The notes: generated from the sequence alone by a model not told the origin. 64,000 bases of DNA from Chloroflexota bacterium (GCA_016178045.1 JACOUE010000012.1:9832-73831); one strand, 5' to 3'. Positions 42,758 to 52,699 are shown, numbered from the stretch's first letter. Numbers and translations are program-made.

Positions 42758-42823
42758 GACTTGAATTCCAATCGCACCTTTGAAAATTTGTCCCCCCGGA
42801 CTCAATAAGGAAGTGAGGTGGCG

Positions 42824-44365
42824 ATGCCGGAAGGCACCGTACTGGCTATTGCCATTCTCTTCGGCCTTCTCGGCGCGGTCCTCGGGATCTTCGGGGGCGC
42901 TATGCTGCAGCAGCGTATCACCCAGCGGCGCATCGCCGCCGCCGAACGTAGCGCCGCCCGCATCCTGGCCGAAGCCGAGAGACGTCAGAAGGAGCTACTC
43001 CTTGAGGCCAAAGAAGAGGCCATACGCCATCGAAACCAAGCCGAAGCGGAGCTCAGGGAACGACGCAACGAGATTCAACGCCAGGAAAGGCGATTAATCC
43101 AGAAAGAAGAGAACCTCGATAAGAAACTAGAGGTGCTGGAGCGGCGAGAAAAGAACCTCGCCGGCAAAGAGGCGGGGCTGGAGGAAGACCGAACGCGGCT
43201 CTTGGAGCTCGAGGAACAGAGAAAGCGAGAGCTGGAGCGCATATCCAGCCTGACCGCCCAGGAGGCCAAGGACCTCCTCCTTGCCCAAATAGAAAACGAG
43301 ATCAAGGACGAGGCCAGCCGCCGTCTGCGTGAAATCGAACAGGAGATGAAGGAGCAGGCGGAAGAGCGGGGCCGTAAGATCCTGGTCACCGCCATGCAGC
43401 GCCTCACCGGCGAGGTCATCTCCGAGGCGACGGTCTCCGTGGTGCCCCTTCCCTCCGAGGACATGAAGGGGCGCATCATCGGACGCGAGGGGCGCAACAT
43501 CCGCGCCCTGGAGCACCTAACCGGCGTCGACGTCATCATCGACGAGACGCCGGACGCGGTCACCCTATCCTCCTTCGATCCCATCCGCCGGGAGATCGCC
43601 CGTATCGCCCTGACCAAGCTGGTGACGGACGGCCGCATCCACCCGGCCCGAATCGAGGAGATGGTGGAGAAGGCCCGCAAAGAGGTAGACGCGTCGGTCA
43701 AGGAAGCCGGCGAGCAGGCGATCCTGGAAGCCGTTACCCCGGGGCTCCACCCGGAGGTGGTGCGCACTCTGGGCCGTCTCAGGTACCGCTACAGCTACGG
43801 CCAGAACCAGCTGAAGCACGCCGTGGAGACGGCCAACCTGGCGGCCATGATCGCTCACGAGCTGGGCGCCAACGTTGAAGTCGCCCGGCGCGGCGGCCTC
43901 CTCCACGACCTGGGCAAGGCCATCGACCACGAGGTCGAGGGCACGCACGCCATCCTCGGCGCCGAGCTTGCCCGGCGCAACGGAGTCCACCCCGCCGTCG
44001 CCCACTGCATCGAGGCCCACCACGAGGAGGTGGAGCCCGCCTCCGTGGAGGCGGTGATCACGATCATCGCCGACGCCATCAGCGGGAGCCGCCCCGGCGC
44101 CCGCCGCGAGTCGCTCGACCAGTACCTCAAGCGGCTCGAGGCCCTGGAGGGAGTGGCCAACGCCTTCCCGGGCGTCGAGAAGTCGTTCGCCATCCAGGCC
44201 GGCCGCGAGATCCGCATCATCGTCAAGCCGGAGGAGATCGACGACCTGGGCGCGTCCCGCCTGGCCAAGGAAGTGAGCCGCAAGATCCAGGAATCGCTGG
44301 ACTACCCGGGCCAGATCAAAGTCACCGTTATCCGCGAACGGCGGTCGGTTGAATACGCCAGATAG
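42824..44365 (+). CDS. rny: Ribonuclease Y (TM, coiled coil, KH, HD)
   Basis: N-terminal TM, long E/K/R coiled coil, MKGRIIGREGRNIRALE (KH), LLHDLGKAIDHE (HD), EAHH, GARRES. AAGGAAG RBS 9 nt upstream of the ATG at 42824; the ORF track starts at the GTG at 42818. Confidence 0.93.
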   Translation: MPEGTVLAIAILFGLLGAVLGIFGGAMLQQRITQRRIAAAERSAARILAEAERRQKELLLEAKEEAIRHRNQAEAELRERRNEIQRQERRLIQKEENLDKKLEVLERREKNLAGKEAGLEEDRTRLLELEEQRKRELERISSLTAQEAKDLLLAQIENEIKDEASRRLREIEQEMKEQAEERGRKILVTAMQRLTGEVISEATVSVVPLPSEDMKGRIIGREGRNIRALEHLTGVDVIIDETPDAVTLSSFDPIRREIARIALTKLVTDGRIHPARIEEMVEKARKEVDASVKEAGEQAILEAVTPGLHPEVVRTLGRLRYRYSYGQNQLKHAVETANLAAMIAHELGANVEVARRGGLLHDLGKAIDHEVEGTHAILGAELARRNGVHPAVAHCIEAHHEEVEPASVEAVITIIADAISGSRPGARRESLDQYLKRLEALEGVANAFPGVEKSFAIQAGREIRIIVKPEEIDDLGASRLAKEVSRKIQESLDYPGQIKVTVIRERRSVEYAR

Positions 44366-44437
44366 AGGCGCTGGCGGCATCGGGGGCATCAGGACTGGCT
44401 CGGGTGCTGGCGTCCTGTTCTGTCGGGCGGTAGCGAC

Positions 44438-45208
44438 GTGAAGATCCTCGTAATCGGAGATGTAGTGGGAAAGCTGGGGCGGCGTACGGTCGCCACCCTC
44501 CTGCCCGACATCCGCTCCGAATACGGCTCCGACTTCGTTATCGCCAACGGGGAGAACGCCGCCGGGGGCAAAGGACTGACGCCCTCTACCGCCGACGAGC
44601 TGTTCGAGGCCGGCGTCGACGTCATCACCTCCGGCAACCACATCTGGGAGTACCGCGAGATCTACCCGGTGCTGGACAGCGACGCCCCCATCCTGCGCCC
44701 CCTCAACTATCCCCAGGGAGCGCCCGGCCGCGGCCTGCTGACTAGGGACGGGATCGCCGTGGTCAACCTGATGGGGCGCGTCTTCATGCCCGGCGACCTC
44801 GACTGCCCCTTCCGCTGCGCCGACGAAGCCGTCACCGACCTCGACGGGACACGGGTGATCATCGTCGACCTGCACTGCGAGGCCACCAGCGAGAAGGTGG
44901 CGATGGGCTGGTACCTGGACGGCCGGGCCAGCGCCGTCGTCGGCACGCACACCCACGTCGCCACCGCCGATGCCCGCGTTCTGGCCAAGGGCACGGCCTA
45001 CGTCACCGACGTGGGGATGACCGGCCCCCGCGACGCGATCATCGGCATGGAGGCGGAGCCCGTGATCGAGCGGTTCGTCAGCCAGCTCCCCCAGCGGTTC
45101 TCGCCCGTCGAGCGGGGTCCGGCCATCTTCAACTCCGTCCTCATAGACGTGGACGAGAACACCGGACGCGCCCGCAGCATCGAGCGCCTGGACCGCGAGG
45201 TCGCCTGA
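44438..45208 (+). CDS. ymdB: YmdB-family metallophosphoesterase (2',3'-cyclic-nucleotide 2'-phosphodiesterase)
   Basis: MKILVIGDVVGKLGRR...DFVIANGENAAGGKGLT...VITSGNHIW...VDLHCEATSEK...GTHTHV.TAD. Conserved rny-ymdB pairing. Confidence 0.88.
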   Translation: MKILVIGDVVGKLGRRTVATLLPDIRSEYGSDFVIANGENAAGGKGLTPSTADELFEAGVDVITSGNHIWEYREIYPVLDSDAPILRPLNYPQGAPGRGLLTRDGIAVVNLMGRVFMPGDLDCPFRCADEAVTDLDGTRVIIVDLHCEATSEKVAMGWYLDGRASAVVGTHTHVATADARVLAKGTAYVTDVGMTGPRDAIIGMEAEPVIERFVSQLPQRFSPVERGPAIFNSVLIDVDENTGRARSIERLDREVA

Positions 45209-45209
45209 C

Positions 45210-46067
45210 GTGGGCAGCAGGGCGGACCTCCACACCCACAGTACCTACTCGGACGGCGTCCTCACTCCCAAGCAGCTGATCGACCTCGCCCACCGCCGCG
45301 GCGTGCGGATCATGGCCCTCACCGACCACGACATCACCGACGGCCTGCCCGAGGCGTTCGCCGCCGCCGGCGCCTACCCCGACTTCACCCTCATCCCCGG
45401 TATCGAGATGAGCACCGACGTCCCCGGGAACGAGGTCCACGTCCTCGGCCACTTCATCGACTGGCGGGGCGACGCCTTCCAGGAGGAGCTGGCCCGCCTG
45501 CGCGAGTCCCGCCTCGACCGTGGCCTGGGCATGGTGAGGAAGCTGCAACAGATGGGGATAAACGTGACCTGGGAGCGGGTGAAAGAGATCGCCGGCGAGG
45601 GCGCCGTAGGCCGCCCCCACATCGCCCAGGCGCTGCTGGAGGCGGGCCACGTCGCCAGCGTCAACGAGGCGTTCGACCGCTACCTGAGCCGCAACGGCCC
45701 GGCCTACGTGGAGCGCGAGAAGATGACCTCCACTGAGGTCGTCGAGCTGCTCCGGTCGGTGGGCGGGCTGCCGACGCTGGCCCACCCGCGGGACTTAGAC
45801 AACCTGGAGGCGCTGCTGGCCTCCCTCAAGCAGGCGGGCCTCATCGGCATGGAGGTGTACTACCAGGACTACGCCCCGGAGGAGGTGGAGCGCCTCCGGC
45901 AACTGGCGCTAAAGTTCGACCTCCTACCCCTGGGCGGAAGCGACTACCACGGGCTGGGCGGTCCCCAGCAGCGGGAGCCCGGTGACATCCCCCTCCCGAA
46001 CGAGCCGGTCGAGAGGCTCTTCGAGCTCGCGCGCCGCCACGGCGTCAGCGAGCGCGTTGCCCTCTAG
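45210..46067 (+). CDS. PHP-domain phosphoesterase (TrpH/YciV-like)
   Basis: ADLHTHSTYSDGVLTP...ALTDHD...GIEMS...LAHP...GMEVYY...GGSDYHG. Confidence 0.8.
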   Translation: MGSRADLHTHSTYSDGVLTPKQLIDLAHRRGVRIMALTDHDITDGLPEAFAAAGAYPDFTLIPGIEMSTDVPGNEVHVLGHFIDWRGDAFQEELARLRESRLDRGLGMVRKLQQMGINVTWERVKEIAGEGAVGRPHIAQALLEAGHVASVNEAFDRYLSRNGPAYVEREKMTSTEVVELLRSVGGLPTLAHPRDLDNLEALLASLKQAGLIGMEVYYQDYAPEEVERLRQLALKFDLLPLGGSDYHGLGGPQQREPGDIPLPNEPVERLFELARRHGVSERVAL

Positions 46068-46077
46068 GCAACCCCTC

Positions 46078-46566
46078 ATGCAGTGCGCCCGCCACCCCAA
46101 GGTCGAGACGGAGCTGGCCTGCGGCCGCTGCGAGACCCCTATCTGCCCTCGCTGCGTGGTGATGACCGACGTGGGCGCGCGCTGTCCCCAGTGCGCACCC
46201 CGCCGGCCGCCGCTGCTCCAGGAGGTGGGACCGCGGTACTTTCTCCAGGCCGCGGCCGCGGCCATGGCCGGCGGGGCTGCCCTTGGGGCGCTCTGGGGTC
46301 TGATGCTACCGCCGGGCAGCAGCGGCCTTAGCTTCGTGAGCATCATCCTGGCGGTAATCGTGGGCTACCTGATCGGGCAGATAGTGAGCCGCGCCGCCAA
46401 CCGCCGCACGGGGCCGCCCCTCCAGGCCGTTGCTATCGCGGGAGTGGTCGTGGCCTATTTGGCGCGAAACCTGGCGGGCGAACAGGCCCTGATCGTTACG
46501 AACGACCTCGCAGGCTGGATAGCGGCGGCTCTCGCCGCTCTCGTGGCCTACGTTTCCGTGGACTAG
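46078..46566 (+). CDS. B-box-type zinc-finger membrane protein
   Basis: MQCARHPKVETELACGRCETPICPRCVVMTDVGARCPQCAP, followed by 3-4 TM segments. Start trimmed to the ATG at 46078. Confidence 0.55.
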   Translation: MQCARHPKVETELACGRCETPICPRCVVMTDVGARCPQCAPRRPPLLQEVGPRYFLQAAAAAMAGGAALGALWGLMLPPGSSGLSFVSIILAVIVGYLIGQIVSRAANRRTGPPLQAVAIAGVVVAYLARNLAGEQALIVTNDLAGWIAAALAALVAYVSVD

Positions 46567-46853
46567 AACCAGCGCAGGCCAGCGGCCGCAGCGATGAGAC
46601 CGCCGATCACGATCGCCAACACGATGACGATGCGGCGGAGCTCCGCCAGCACGTAGGTGTAGTCGCGCAGCACATGCCGGCCGTGTGACTGCGAGGCCGG
46701 GGAAAGGCTCGGCGCTACGGCAGGGCTTCTGGGTACGGCGGCGACGGGTGTGTCCAGGGTTTCGTCAAGCGGCGGCGGGAGAGCGACGTTCGGCCTGGCT
46801 CGCGCGATCTTGCGCTTACGTCGTTTCGTAGGCGGGCGGTGTCTCTTGGGCAT
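46563..46853 (-). CDS. Hypothetical tail-anchored protein (basic N-terminus, one C-terminal TM)
   Basis: MPKRHRPPTKRRKRKIARAR...IVIVLAIVIGGLIAAAAGL. Confidence 0.35.
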   Translation of the reverse strand: MPKRHRPPTKRRKRKIARARPNVALPPPLDETLDTPVAAVPRSPAVAPSLSPASQSHGRHVLRDYTYVLAELRRIVIVLAIVIGGLIAAAAGLRWF

Positions 46854-46907
46854 CCGAAGTCACCCTGCATTATACGATAGGCCCTGGTCAGGGCCAACGC
46901 GTTCCTG

Positions 46908-46937
46908 TTGACAGGGCAGGTTAGGGCCAGATACAAT
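46908..46937 (+). promoter_or_regulatory. Candidate tRNA-Asp promoter
   Basis: TTGACA (46908-46913), 18 nt, TACAAT (46932-46937), about 45 nt upstream of the tRNA. Confidence 0.5.
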
Positions 46938-46982
46938 CGGAGCGGGTTGCGGGCTGAATTTGGCCCGCGGCTTGAGCGGGGC

Positions 46983-47058
46983 GGCCCCGTGGTGTAGCGG
47001 TTAACATGCCACCTTGTCACGGTGGAGATCAGGGGTTCGAATCCCCTCGGGGTCGCCA
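46983..47058 (+). tRNA. tRNA-Asp (anticodon GTC), CCA encoded
   Basis: Acceptor GGCCCCG/CGGGGTC. Anticodon stem CCACC/GGTGG with loop TTGTCAC. T-arm AGGGG-TTCGAAT-CCCCT. Discriminator G plus CCA. Confidence 0.92.
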
Positions 47059-47150
47059 GTATTGAAGACGAGCGCCGGGGTTACCGCACCCTGGCGATTT
47101 TCGTTTTGCCGGCCATCCGGTCGCCGTCCGGCTGCCGAGGAGGGTAAGCA

Positions 47151-47717
47151 ATGGCGGAGCCGCCGACCATCTCGGCAGAAGTAGCCGGGCCCGTCCGGTA
47201 CGCCGGAGTCTGGCCCCGCCTTGCCGCGTCTCTCATCGATTGGGCACTCTGCTTCATCGCCCCTTCTGTCGTCTCCTCCTTCGTCATTACCGGCATCAGC
47301 GGAGAGGACGGCGAGGCCCAGGCAGCAGTGGGCGTCCTCTGGGGGCTATTCATGATCGCCTGCGTGCTCGGTTATCTGACCTATTTCTGGGCGCGCGGCC
47401 AGTCCCTGGGCATGAAGGCGCTGGGCCTGCGCATCGTGGACGTCGAGACCAGCGGGCCGCCGGGCGCGGCCAGGGCGCTGGCGCGCTCCTTCCTGGGCTT
47501 GCTGGCCGCCGCTGCCGTCTTCATCCTGCTGGTAGTGAGCTTCAGCGACCGCCCCAAAGGCTTCTCCGGGACAGACCTCGCCGTCACCTATCTGCTACTG
47601 TTCGTGCTTATGGCGTCGCTGGTGGGCTGGGTCTGGGCGATCTGGGACAGGCAGCGGCGGTCGCTGCAGGACCGGCTCTGCGGAGTCGCCGTCATTGCCG
47701 CCGCGCCGAAGCAGTAA
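47151..47717 (+). CDS. RDD-family membrane protein
   Basis: YAGVWPRLAASLIDWAL...GQSLGMKALGLRIVD...RALARSFL...IWDRQRRSLQDRLCG. Confidence 0.7.
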   Translation: MAEPPTISAEVAGPVRYAGVWPRLAASLIDWALCFIAPSVVSSFVITGISGEDGEAQAAVGVLWGLFMIACVLGYLTYFWARGQSLGMKALGLRIVDVETSGPPGAARALARSFLGLLAAAAVFILLVVSFSDRPKGFSGTDLAVTYLLLFVLMASLVGWVWAIWDRQRRSLQDRLCGVAVIAAAPKQ

Positions 47718-47753
47718 ACGGCTGGCCAATCAGCACAACGAAGGGACGCAGCC

Positions 47754-48278
47754 ATGCGTGCTAATGGGAGCGCAACGGGTGGCCGGTTTACATGGCCCGA
47801 CCCCTGGTGGGCACCATTCTTATGGATCATCCTGGCGCCGGCCGTGACCATGCCGCTACAGGTCTGGCTTCAGGGCAACTCCGGGGGCTGGCCCTCGGCA
47901 GACGTGTATGACGAGTGCAGGCTGGTACATGGGAGACAGCTCGAGCCCGGCGTCTTCATCGACAACAGGTGGGAGTGCCCCGTCGAGAACGTCCTGCCGA
48001 CGTTGCTCCCCGGAGCCCTGAACCTGGGTGCCTTCCTGTGGCTGGCGATCCCGCGGCAGCGGACGCGCTACGCCGCCCTCTTCGCGGGGGTGCTCGGCGG
48101 GGCCCGCCTGGCGGCGCCGGCGCTGATGTACCTTGTGCTGGATCCCGTGATGCTCCGGACCACCTTCTGGCCCGGGCCTAACGCCTCGGTTGCGGCCAGC
48201 CTGGCCTTATGGGTCGTTTCCGTGGGGGCGGCCGTCGTGTTCCCCTTCCTCTTCAAGGCGGAGCCGGCGCGCGACTGA
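47754..48278 (+). CDS. Hypothetical membrane protein
   Basis: 174 aa with several TM segments. No family recognised. Confidence 0.35.
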   Translation: MRANGSATGGRFTWPDPWWAPFLWIILAPAVTMPLQVWLQGNSGGWPSADVYDECRLVHGRQLEPGVFIDNRWECPVENVLPTLLPGALNLGAFLWLAIPRQRTRYAALFAGVLGGARLAAPALMYLVLDPVMLRTTFWPGPNASVAASLALWVVSVGAAVVFPFLFKAEPARD

Positions 48279-48306
48279 AACGCACTGAGGCCGCGTACGG
48301 CAAACG

Positions 48307-49026
48307 TCAGGTGGCCCCCGTTATCCAGAAGGGGCCGCCCCACGACAGGTCGAAGGCGTAGCTGTGGAGGACGTGAGCCCAGATGAGCCAGGCGATCCAG
48401 CGGGTAGTGCCGTAGAAGAAGGCGCCGCGATACAGCACCAGCTGGGCGGACTCCGGGAAGACCTTCCCCACCAGCTTCCAGAAGGGGTCGCGGGGCAGCA
48501 CTTCGGCCCGGAAATAGTCCAGCGTCAGCACGCGCCAGTTCAACAGCACCATCGCCAGCCAGAAACCGTCCCAGGCGAAGCCCAGGCTGCTGAAGTAGGC
48601 CGCCGCGTCCAGGAAGCGGCCTGCCTCCCCCGCGTAGGCCCAGGCGTCGAAGTGAATTCGCATGGTCGAGAAGGGGAACAGGAGCATCGTGCCCTTCGTG
48701 TCCAGGACGTCGCTGAGGGCGTGCGCCCAGATACCGACCATCAGCCCCAGCGACCACATCCGGCTGCGCGTGAGCAGGAAGACGACGGCGGCCACGGCCA
48801 CCCCGAAGGCCAGAGAGTGGGTGAAGCCGGCGCCCGGCCACGAGCGGTGGAAGTCGGAAGGGTCGCCCGCCTGGAGCTCGAGGCCGCCGATGGAGATGCC
48901 GTAGACGAACCACTTGGTGAAGACGTCCGGCCCCCAGGAGCCGATGAGCACCGCCGAAAAGCTGACCCACCGGCCCAGGTGTCGCTGAATAATGTACGGC
49001 TCCAGGTCGTGGGTGGCCCAGCTCAT
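48307..49026 (-). CDS. Membrane-bound metal-dependent hydrolase (YdjM/DUF457-like)
   Basis: MSWATHDL...GSWGPDVF...FHRSWPGAGFTHSLAFG...WAHALSDVLDTKGTMLLFPFS. Confidence 0.55.
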   Translation of the reverse strand: MSWATHDLEPYIIQRHLGRWVSFSAVLIGSWGPDVFTKWFVYGISIGGLELQAGDPSDFHRSWPGAGFTHSLAFGVAVAAVVFLLTRSRMWSLGLMVGIWAHALSDVLDTKGTMLLFPFSTMRIHFDAWAYAGEAGRFLDAAAYFSSLGFAWDGFWLAMVLLNWRVLTLDYFRAEVLPRDPFWKLVGKVFPESAQLVLYRGAFFYGTTRWIAWLIWAHVLHSYAFDLSWGGPFWITGAT

Positions 49027-49220
49027 CCGCGCAGGAACCTTACGAGCGCAGGAATGCCCCAGACGGCAAGCAACACGAACCCGATGCCTTCCACCCAGGA
49101 GAGCAGCGCCTCCGGCACGAAGACGCCGACGGTTATGTAAACACCGCCGGCCACCAGGTACGGCGCGAGCCCGGCGAGGAACTTGCGGTCGATGAGACGG
49201 CCGATAGGGGCCCGCTCCAT
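49023..49220 (-). CDS. Small (65-aa) two-TM membrane protein
   Basis: ATGA start/stop overlaps with both neighbours (49220 and 49023-49026), which suggests translational coupling. Confidence 0.4.
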   Translation of the reverse strand: MERAPIGRLIDRKFLAGLAPYLVAGGVYITVGVFVPEALLSWVEGIGFVLLAVWGIPALVRFLRG

Positions 49221-49942
49221 CAGCGCGTCCGGCGCGAACCGGCCAGCATCTTCAGCACCTCCAGGTCATCGGCGATGATCCCCGAGGCGCCCAGCGCCAC
49301 TGCGCGCTCGGCGCCGGCCGGGTCCCTTACCGCCCAGCAGTAGAAGGCGATGCCCCGCTCGCGGAGCTGCGCGGCCCGATCTTCGTCCAGCAGGCCGTAG
49401 CGGAAGGTGATGGCGCGCACGTCGTCCACCCCGAGGCGCGGCTGGAGGGCATCCCACTGGGCGGGATTGTCGACCGAGTAGTGCGCGCGAACGTTGGGCG
49501 CGAGGTCGCGGAGGAGGTCGAGGAGAGGCCAGCTCCCGCAGAAGGCGACGGGGCCGGCGAAGCCTTGGAGCGCTTCGCGCACCGTTTCGAGGAAGGCGCG
49601 CGCCTCGGCCCGCGAGTACCCGTCCGTCTTCAGGTCGAGGAGGAGGCCTGCCTTGCCGGCAACCGTTTCGATGAGCCCTTCCAGCCGGATCGGCCGCAGG
49701 TCGAGGCGGAGGAACCAGGGGCCGAGGGAAAGGGCCCAGGGGCCGCGCCGGTGCTCCGGTGAGAGGCGGTAGTTGTACAGCAGGGGCAGCAGGCGCAGGC
49801 GTCGCTCGTGGCGGACCCAGACCTGCCCCGCGTGATAGCGGAGGTCGGCCTCGATCATGTCCACGCCGGCTGCGACGGCCTCCGCGATGCGCTGGGGGCG
49901 GTTGCCGTAGCCGTGGGCGATCCGCAAGACGTGTTCAGCCAT
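49220..49942 (-). CDS. Glycerophosphodiester phosphodiesterase-family protein
   Basis: RIAHGYGNRP...GVDMIEADLRYHAGQVWVRHE...WAV. Confidence 0.6.
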   Translation of the reverse strand: MAEHVLRIAHGYGNRPQRIAEAVAAGVDMIEADLRYHAGQVWVRHERRLRLLPLLYNYRLSPEHRRGPWALSLGPWFLRLDLRPIRLEGLIETVAGKAGLLLDLKTDGYSRAEARAFLETVREALQGFAGPVAFCGSWPLLDLLRDLAPNVRAHYSVDNPAQWDALQPRLGVDDVRAITFRYGLLDEDRAAQLRERGIAFYCWAVRDPAGAERAVALGASGIIADDLEVLKMLAGSRRTR

Positions 49943-49949
49943 CGGAAGG

Positions 49950-50951
49950 TCACCGGCGGTCAGGGCCGCCAGCGAGGACCTCCGGGTTCACGATGCAGGG
50001 CGAGCCTTCCCCGCACAGGCAGTCGATGAGGTTCCGAATCGCCAGCTGCACCATGGCCAGCCGCGTCTCGCGGGTGGCGGTGCCAGCGTGGGGCGTGATG
50101 ATGACGCTGGGCAGCGCCAGGAGCGGCTCGGATGGGTCCGGCGGCTCCTGCTCCAGCACGTCCAGGGCCGCGCCCGCCAGCCGGCCCTGGCGCAGCGCCT
50201 CAGAGAGGGCCGACTGGTCGACCACCTGCCCCCGTGAGGTGTTGACGAGGTAGGCCGTCGGCTTCATGGCCGCGACCTGGTTAGCCCCGATGAGGTGGTG
50301 CGTCTCCGGCGTCAGGTTGACGTGGATGGTCACGAAATCGCCCAGGGCGAGGGCTTCGTCCAGGCTCCCGCAGCGGCGGGCGCGCACCTTCGGCTTCGCC
50401 TCCGGCCGGACGTCGTAGTAGACGAGCCGCATGGCGAAGGCGGCGGCCCGCTGCGCCACCGCCTTGCCGATGCGCCCCATGCCTATGATGGCCAGCGTCT
50501 TCCCCCCGAGGTCGCTGCCCATGGGCACGTTCACGCCGGAGGCGTCCCAGCGGCCCTCCCGCACCACCTGCTCGGACTCGCGCAGGCGGCGGGCCAGGGC
50601 GAGGATGAGGGCCATCGTCAGGTCGGCCACCGCGTCGCTGAGGACGTCGGGCGTGTTGGTGACCGCGATTCCCCGCTCGGTCGCCCGCCCGAGGTCGACG
50701 TTGTCGAAGCCGACGCCGATGTTGCTGACGACGCGCAGCCGCTTGGCGGCGTCGATCACCTCGCCGTCGACGGGGAGGGTGGCGCCGCAGAGGAGGCCCT
50801 CGACCTCCGCGAGACGCTCCAGCAGCTCCGGGCGCGGCACCGGCCCGAACCCCTGGAAGCAGTCACAGTCGCAGGAGGCGGCCAGCTGGTCGAGGAACTG
50901 CCGGGGCAGGCGCGTGGCGACGTAGACCTTCGGGCGCGACGATTCCACCAT
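49950..50951 (-). CDS. D-isomer-specific 2-hydroxyacid dehydrogenase (glyoxylate/hydroxypyruvate reductase-like)
   Basis: GVGFDNVDL...LAIIGMGRIGKAVAQRA...NTSRGQVVD..AL...AALDV...ITPHAGTAT. Start trimmed to the ATG at 50951 (MVESSRPKVYV). Confidence 0.85.
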   Translation of the reverse strand: MVESSRPKVYVATRLPRQFLDQLAASCDCDCFQGFGPVPRPELLERLAEVEGLLCGATLPVDGEVIDAAKRLRVVSNIGVGFDNVDLGRATERGIAVTNTPDVLSDAVADLTMALILALARRLRESEQVVREGRWDASGVNVPMGSDLGGKTLAIIGMGRIGKAVAQRAAAFAMRLVYYDVRPEAKPKVRARRCGSLDEALALGDFVTIHVNLTPETHHLIGANQVAAMKPTAYLVNTSRGQVVDQSALSEALRQGRLAGAALDVLEQEPPDPSEPLLALPSVIITPHAGTATRETRLAMVQLAIRNLIDCLCGEGSPCIVNPEVLAGGPDRR

Positions 50952-51736
50952 CAGTAGACCCCCTGGCCCCCCTCGGCGCCCTCCGGCCGCACCTTGCGCA
51001 GGTCCTGCAAGGCGCCCCGGGCCAGCCCCCGCGTGTCCTGGAACACCTCCACCATCAGGAACCCCTGCTCGATGCGCCTGGGGGCGACGGCGGCGTTGCC
51101 GGCGATGCCCGGCACCACCCTGTGCCGCCGGCACGCCTCCACTATCCGCTCAAGCGCCTCGTTGAAGGCCGGCGCTTCCTGGTCGCTGCCCGGGGGCAGG
51201 CCCAGCGACATGCTCAGGTCGGACGGGCCGACGTATACGGCGTCGATGCCCGGCGTGGAGACGATCTCGTCCAGCCGCTCCAGTGCGGCGGTGGTTTCGA
51301 CCATGGGGATGCAGCAGACCTCGTCGTTGGCGCGGGGGACGTAGTCGCTGCCGGCGTAGTAGGCGGCGCGCATGGGCCCGAAGCTGCGGGCGCCCTGCGG
51401 CGGGTAGCGGCAGGCGGACACGGCGGCCTGGGCCTCCGCCGCCGAGTTCACCATGGGCACGATGACGCCGTAGGCCCCGGCGTCCAGCGCCTTCATGATG
51501 ATGCCCGGCTCGTTCCAGGGGACGCGCACGACGGGCACCGCGGGTGTGGTGGAGATGGCCTGGAGCATCTGGAGAGCGCACTCGTAGTCGATGAGACCGT
51601 GCTGCATGTCGATGCACAGCCAGTCGAACCCCTGGTGGGCCATCACCTCAGCGGAGAAGCTGCTGGGGATGGTGAGCCAGCCACCCAGGGCGGGTTGTCC
51701 TTCCTGCCAGAGCCGCTTGAGCCTGTTCTCGCGCAC
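50951..51736 (-). CDS. HpcH/HpaI-family aldolase
   Basis: RLKRLWQEGQPALGGWLTIPSSFSAEVMAHQGFDWLCIDMQHG...VRVPWNEPG...PMVETTAALE...GIDAVYVGPSDLS. Confidence 0.85.
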   Translation of the reverse strand: MRENRLKRLWQEGQPALGGWLTIPSSFSAEVMAHQGFDWLCIDMQHGLIDYECALQMLQAISTTPAVPVVRVPWNEPGIIMKALDAGAYGVIVPMVNSAAEAQAAVSACRYPPQGARSFGPMRAAYYAGSDYVPRANDEVCCIPMVETTAALERLDEIVSTPGIDAVYVGPSDLSMSLGLPPGSDQEAPAFNEALERIVEACRRHRVVPGIAGNAAVAPRRIEQGFLMVEVFQDTRGLARGALQDLRKVRPEGAEGGQGVY

Positions 51737-51826
51737 AGTCTTGGTCGGCGTCCGTTCGTGGGGAGCCTGTGGCCGTTATTATAGGAGCGACTCTCCGTTT
51801 TGGAAATACACCCCGGGAGGGCGGCT

Positions 51827-52693
51827 ATGAGCGAGACCATCGGCTTCATCGGGCTGGGGATCATGGGCCGGCCCATGGCGAAGAACCTGCTGCGGGTGGG
51901 CCACCGGCTGGTCGTCTGGAACCGGAGCCGGCCGGGGATCGAGGAGCTGGCGCGGGAGGGGGCCCAGGAGGGGAGCGGCCCGGCGAACGTCGCCCACCGC
52001 TGCGACATCGTCATCACCATGCTGCCCGACTCGCCCGATGTGGAGCAGGTGGCCGTCGGACCGGGCGGCGTTACCGAGGGCGCCCACCGCGGCCCCGTTC
52101 ACATCGACATGTCGACGATCTCGCCGGAGGTCACCCGCCGCGTCGCCGAGCGGCTGGCGCAGGCGGGGGTGGAGATGCTGGACGCGCCGGTCAGCGGCGG
52201 CGAACCGGGGGCCATCGCCGGCACGCTCTCGATCATGGCCGGCGGCCGGCGCGAGACGTTCGAGCGCTGCCTCCCCGTCCTGGAGGCGCTGGGCAAGAAG
52301 ATCGTCTACTGCGGCGGGCACGGTAGCGGCCAGACGGTGAAGCTGTGCAACCAGATCGTCGTGGCCCTCAACAACCTTGCCATCTGCGAGGCGCTGGCGT
52401 TCTGCCTGAAGGCGGGCATCCAGCCGGAGGCGGTGGGAGCGGGGGCCGGCAGCTCGTGGGCGGTCCTGAACCTGGCGCCCAAGGTGCTGGACGGCGACTT
52501 CCGGCCCGGCTTCAAGGTGGCGCACCAGCTCAAGGACCTGCGGCTGGCCCTGGAGACCGCCGAGGGGCTGGGCGCATCGCTGGCGGGGACAAGCCTTGTC
52601 CACCGGCTGTTCGCGGGCCTGGAGGAGGAGGGGCTGGGGGGCGAGGGCACGCAGGCCCTCTTTAAGGCAGTACGGAAGACGGCGGCCCTGTGA
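51827..52693 (+). CDS. NAD(P)-dependent 3-hydroxyisobutyrate/tartronate-semialdehyde reductase family protein
   Basis: IGFIGLGIMGRPMAKNL...DAPVSGGEPGA..GTLSIMAGG...GSGQTVKLCNQ...KDL.LA. Confidence 0.85.
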   Translation: MSETIGFIGLGIMGRPMAKNLLRVGHRLVVWNRSRPGIEELAREGAQEGSGPANVAHRCDIVITMLPDSPDVEQVAVGPGGVTEGAHRGPVHIDMSTISPEVTRRVAERLAQAGVEMLDAPVSGGEPGAIAGTLSIMAGGRRETFERCLPVLEALGKKIVYCGGHGSGQTVKLCNQIVVALNNLAICEALAFCLKAGIQPEAVGAGAGSSWAVLNLAPKVLDGDFRPGFKVAHQLKDLRLALETAEGLGASLAGTSLVHRLFAGLEEEGLGGEGTQALFKAVRKTAAL

Positions 52694-52699
52694 CGGCGG

